The notes under the pieces were generated by a model that worked only from the letters and a program-made list of their open reading frames with translations, had not been told where the DNA came from and made no database searches. A stretch of 63,197 bases of DNA, the filler included, from Neoconidiobolus thromboides FSU 785 (Eukaryota; Fungi; Entomophthoromycota): assembly GCA_025603075.1 (NCBI GenBank). It is 6 parts of 6 records of this genome, joined end to end, with 100 filler letters (N's around TTAATTAATTAA, not from the genome) between each part and the next. Parts side by side here need not be neighbours in the genome. Positions count along the whole stretch, not along the records: positions 59,754 to 61,537 come from MU626914.1; positions 61,638 to 63,197 come from MU626943.1; 4 more parts are not named here. One strand, 5' to 3'. Below, one piece after another: positions 61,253-63,197 of this stretch (the stretch's first letter is position 1; every line of letters starts with the position of its first letter). A program made the position numbers and the translations under genes.

Positions 61253-61537
61253 TTAACAAGCATTAGCCTTTTCAAAATGAGCATTATAATATGTTACATG
61301 AGATTTCGAATCAAGTAATTTATCAGAAACACTTAATGCACAAGCAGGATCTTCTAATACCGAACTATCACAGTAATTTGTAGATGGCCCATTGATAAAG
61401 AGCTCATTAGTATGATGGGCGTAGTTAAAAATAGATAATGGTGGTAATCTAGGTACGGGATCATTATAGTTCACAGATCTAGCAACAGTGATTGGTAAAG
61501 CATCAAACCATTCAGCAAATTGTACATTTCCAGTACG
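61253..61537 (-). CDS. class 3 (Rhizopus/Rhizomucor-type) lipase, C-terminal part (5' part in gap)
   Basis: RTGNVQFAEW..RSVNYNDPVPRLPP..YAHHTNELFI..C..EDPAC..SHVTYY; catalytic Asp and His positions are present. Confidence 0.8.
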   Translation of the reverse strand, partial: RTGNVQFAEWFDALPITVARSVNYNDPVPRLPPLSIFNYAHHTNELFINGPSTNYCDSSVLEDPACALSVSDKLLDSKSHVTYYNAHFEKANAC

Positions 61538-62799
61538 NNNNNNNNNNNNNNNNNNNNNNNNNNNNNNNNNNNNNNNNNNNNTTAATTAATTAANNNNNNN
61601 NNNNNNNNNNNNNNNNNNNNNNNNNNNNNNNNNNNNNTGTTAGGGACTCTTAATTTTATTGCATTCTTTCTCGACCCAACTGTACATCATGCGCTCAAAG
61701 TTATTTATTCGAGAACTATAAAGAATCAAGAGGTCGAAGTGCAATCTATTAACTTGAGTAATTTTGTTATTTTAATTGGTTGATTAATTAATTTTATTAG
61801 ATACTAATCACGATTTTGAATTGACTGTATTAGAAAGTGGTATAACAGAAAATATTAATAATGAAAGAGAAGATCAACGTAGCATTATTAGCTCTAATTT
61901 AATCAAAAGTTTATAATTAAATCTACTAACTTGAAAAATAGTCAAACTTTACTCTTTTATCACAATATAGATAACTAATTATATTTAACATTTATTTTTT
62001 TCTATTTGTATATTTTATATCAGAATCTAAATATATTTATCTACTCTAATATAGTATAGCATAAATTTTTCGCTTTTTTTATTAGTTTTGTTAAAAAGTA
62101 TATTAAAGTACCTACTATGATTGATCACATTGTGTAGCTTAAAAAATAAGTCATCGCATTTTCATATCATTTGATATTTTTATTTAATATATCCAACAAT
62201 ATACAATATGCAATATTTTTGATATGAAAGGAATAACATTTGGGAATTTTATTTAAAAGGTTTTACTAAAAACTAACTTTCATTTCTATCACTTTAAAAA
62301 ATTGCTATTTTTAAGTATAACCAAAAAATGCAAGTTTGAGTACTCAACTTTTACTTTTTTTTATAATTTCTAAATCCATACAAATGCTATTTAGTTATCT
62401 TCGCTATAACTTATCCAATAGTAACCCACTACATTGCTTTGTCACTTGTACGATGGCACTCCAACTCTAGTTTTTATTATAAAACGCTTAAGCTTTAAAC
62501 CCATATCAATATTAACCCCCATAGAGCTCTATACTATTCCCTTTCCAATTCACAATCCTACTTGGTTTAACAGAGCTTTAATCCTCCGAATAGGATTATG
62601 CTCAATTCACGAAAACTTTTTTTATTGGGCTTTGGCCCTAAGCCTAAATATGTTTACTCCTTGAATCTCATTATCACTACAAACCAATGGCTCTTTGGAG
62701 AGTAGAAGAACAATGGGGTACATTACATCTTTCTAGTTCTAATAGTAGGAAATCTCTGGATACAACTATTTCCATTTCAAAATTTATTTATTAATAAGC

Positions 62800-62904
62800 A
62801 TATGGGGATGTTTTTTTGCGTTTAAGAACTTTACTAACAAATTTTCTGCTCAAATAGCACTTAAAAATAGAAAAAGTAATGAGGCCAAAAAAATACTCCT
62901 GTAT
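62800..62904 (+). mobile_element. MITE family A copy
   Basis: ATATGGGGATG...CTGCTCAAATAGCAC...AAAAAAATACTCCTGTAT. Confidence 0.85.
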
Positions 62905-63099
62905 GCCCTTTATAGCCACTTAAGTATTAAAATTTTATGTTGCAAATAAAACACTTGAAGTCAACACTTTTCAATCAAACTAAAAAAGAAATAAAAACTG
63001 TATTTTTTAAATGCTATAAAAGCCCTATCTTGATATTGTTTGTTTCATTTTCTAGAACTCAATAAGTTGTTTAATTTTGAAATACAAAAAAAGTTTAAT

Positions 63100-63150
63100 A
63101 TATGGGGTTGTCTGAATTGATTTCAGAATTTACTTAAAAGTTAATCCAAT
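63100..63150 (+). repeat. repeat family B terminus
   Basis: ATATGGGGTTGTCTGAATTGATTTCA matches the first ~25 nt of 54296. Confidence 0.5.
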
Positions 63151-63197
63151 TTTTAAATTTTTAAATTTGTGTCTAATGTGACGGTTAAATCTAAAAA

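Noticed and set aside
28987-61637. TTAATTAATTAA inside N runs as a biological palindrome
   Set aside because: Identical design in all five 100-nt gaps; an artificial six-frame stop linker. It also creates the false end of ORF 54445..55290.
62430-62760. ORF 62434..62664 and neighbouring degenerate coding-like DNA
   Set aside because: No ATG start, multiple stops in the other frames, and no identifiable domain.
2355-62904. MITE A copies as a CRISPR array or structured ncRNA
   Set aside because: Dispersed, in both orientations, with no spacers. The apparent covariation in the CGCT/AGCG mini-stem is inconsistent across copies and is explained by CpG decay.

Overview
Very AT-rich eukaryotic scaffold window with short (~45-55 nt) GT-AG introns, most consistent with an early-diverging fungus (Zoopagomycota/Entomophthorales-like; inferred from class A-like GPCRs, a CBM19-type chitinase and a retained MiaB/CDK5RAP1). 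Five 100-nt scaffold gaps carry an artificial TTAATTAATTAA filler. Recognisable genes: four tandem intronless rhodopsin-like 7TM receptors, a spliced CDK5RAP1/MiaB methylthiotransferase, a GH18 chitinase, an aldo-keto reductase pseudogene facing a gap-truncated apparently intact copy, tRNA-Pro(AGG), a JmjC/zinc-finger protein, an LRR protein, a siderophore MFS transporter with ATCTGATAA sites upstream, an internally deleted ABCB pseudogene and a class 3 lipase C-terminus. Not captured by the ORF track: a ~105-bp MITE family (about 18 full or partial copies) whose two CpGs decay only to TG/CA/TA, a second repeat family with the same ATATGGGG end, two solo-LTR-like elements in inverted orientation, gene-conversion-like mosaicism among the GPCRs, a spliced TM+coiled-coil tandem family, a secreted KR-flanked amphipathic peptide precursor, and two small genes sharing a C-terminal FDxML..GFP..TIxISLTP motif. 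All alignments and counts were made by eye; no searches were run, so none of the novelty suggestions is established.
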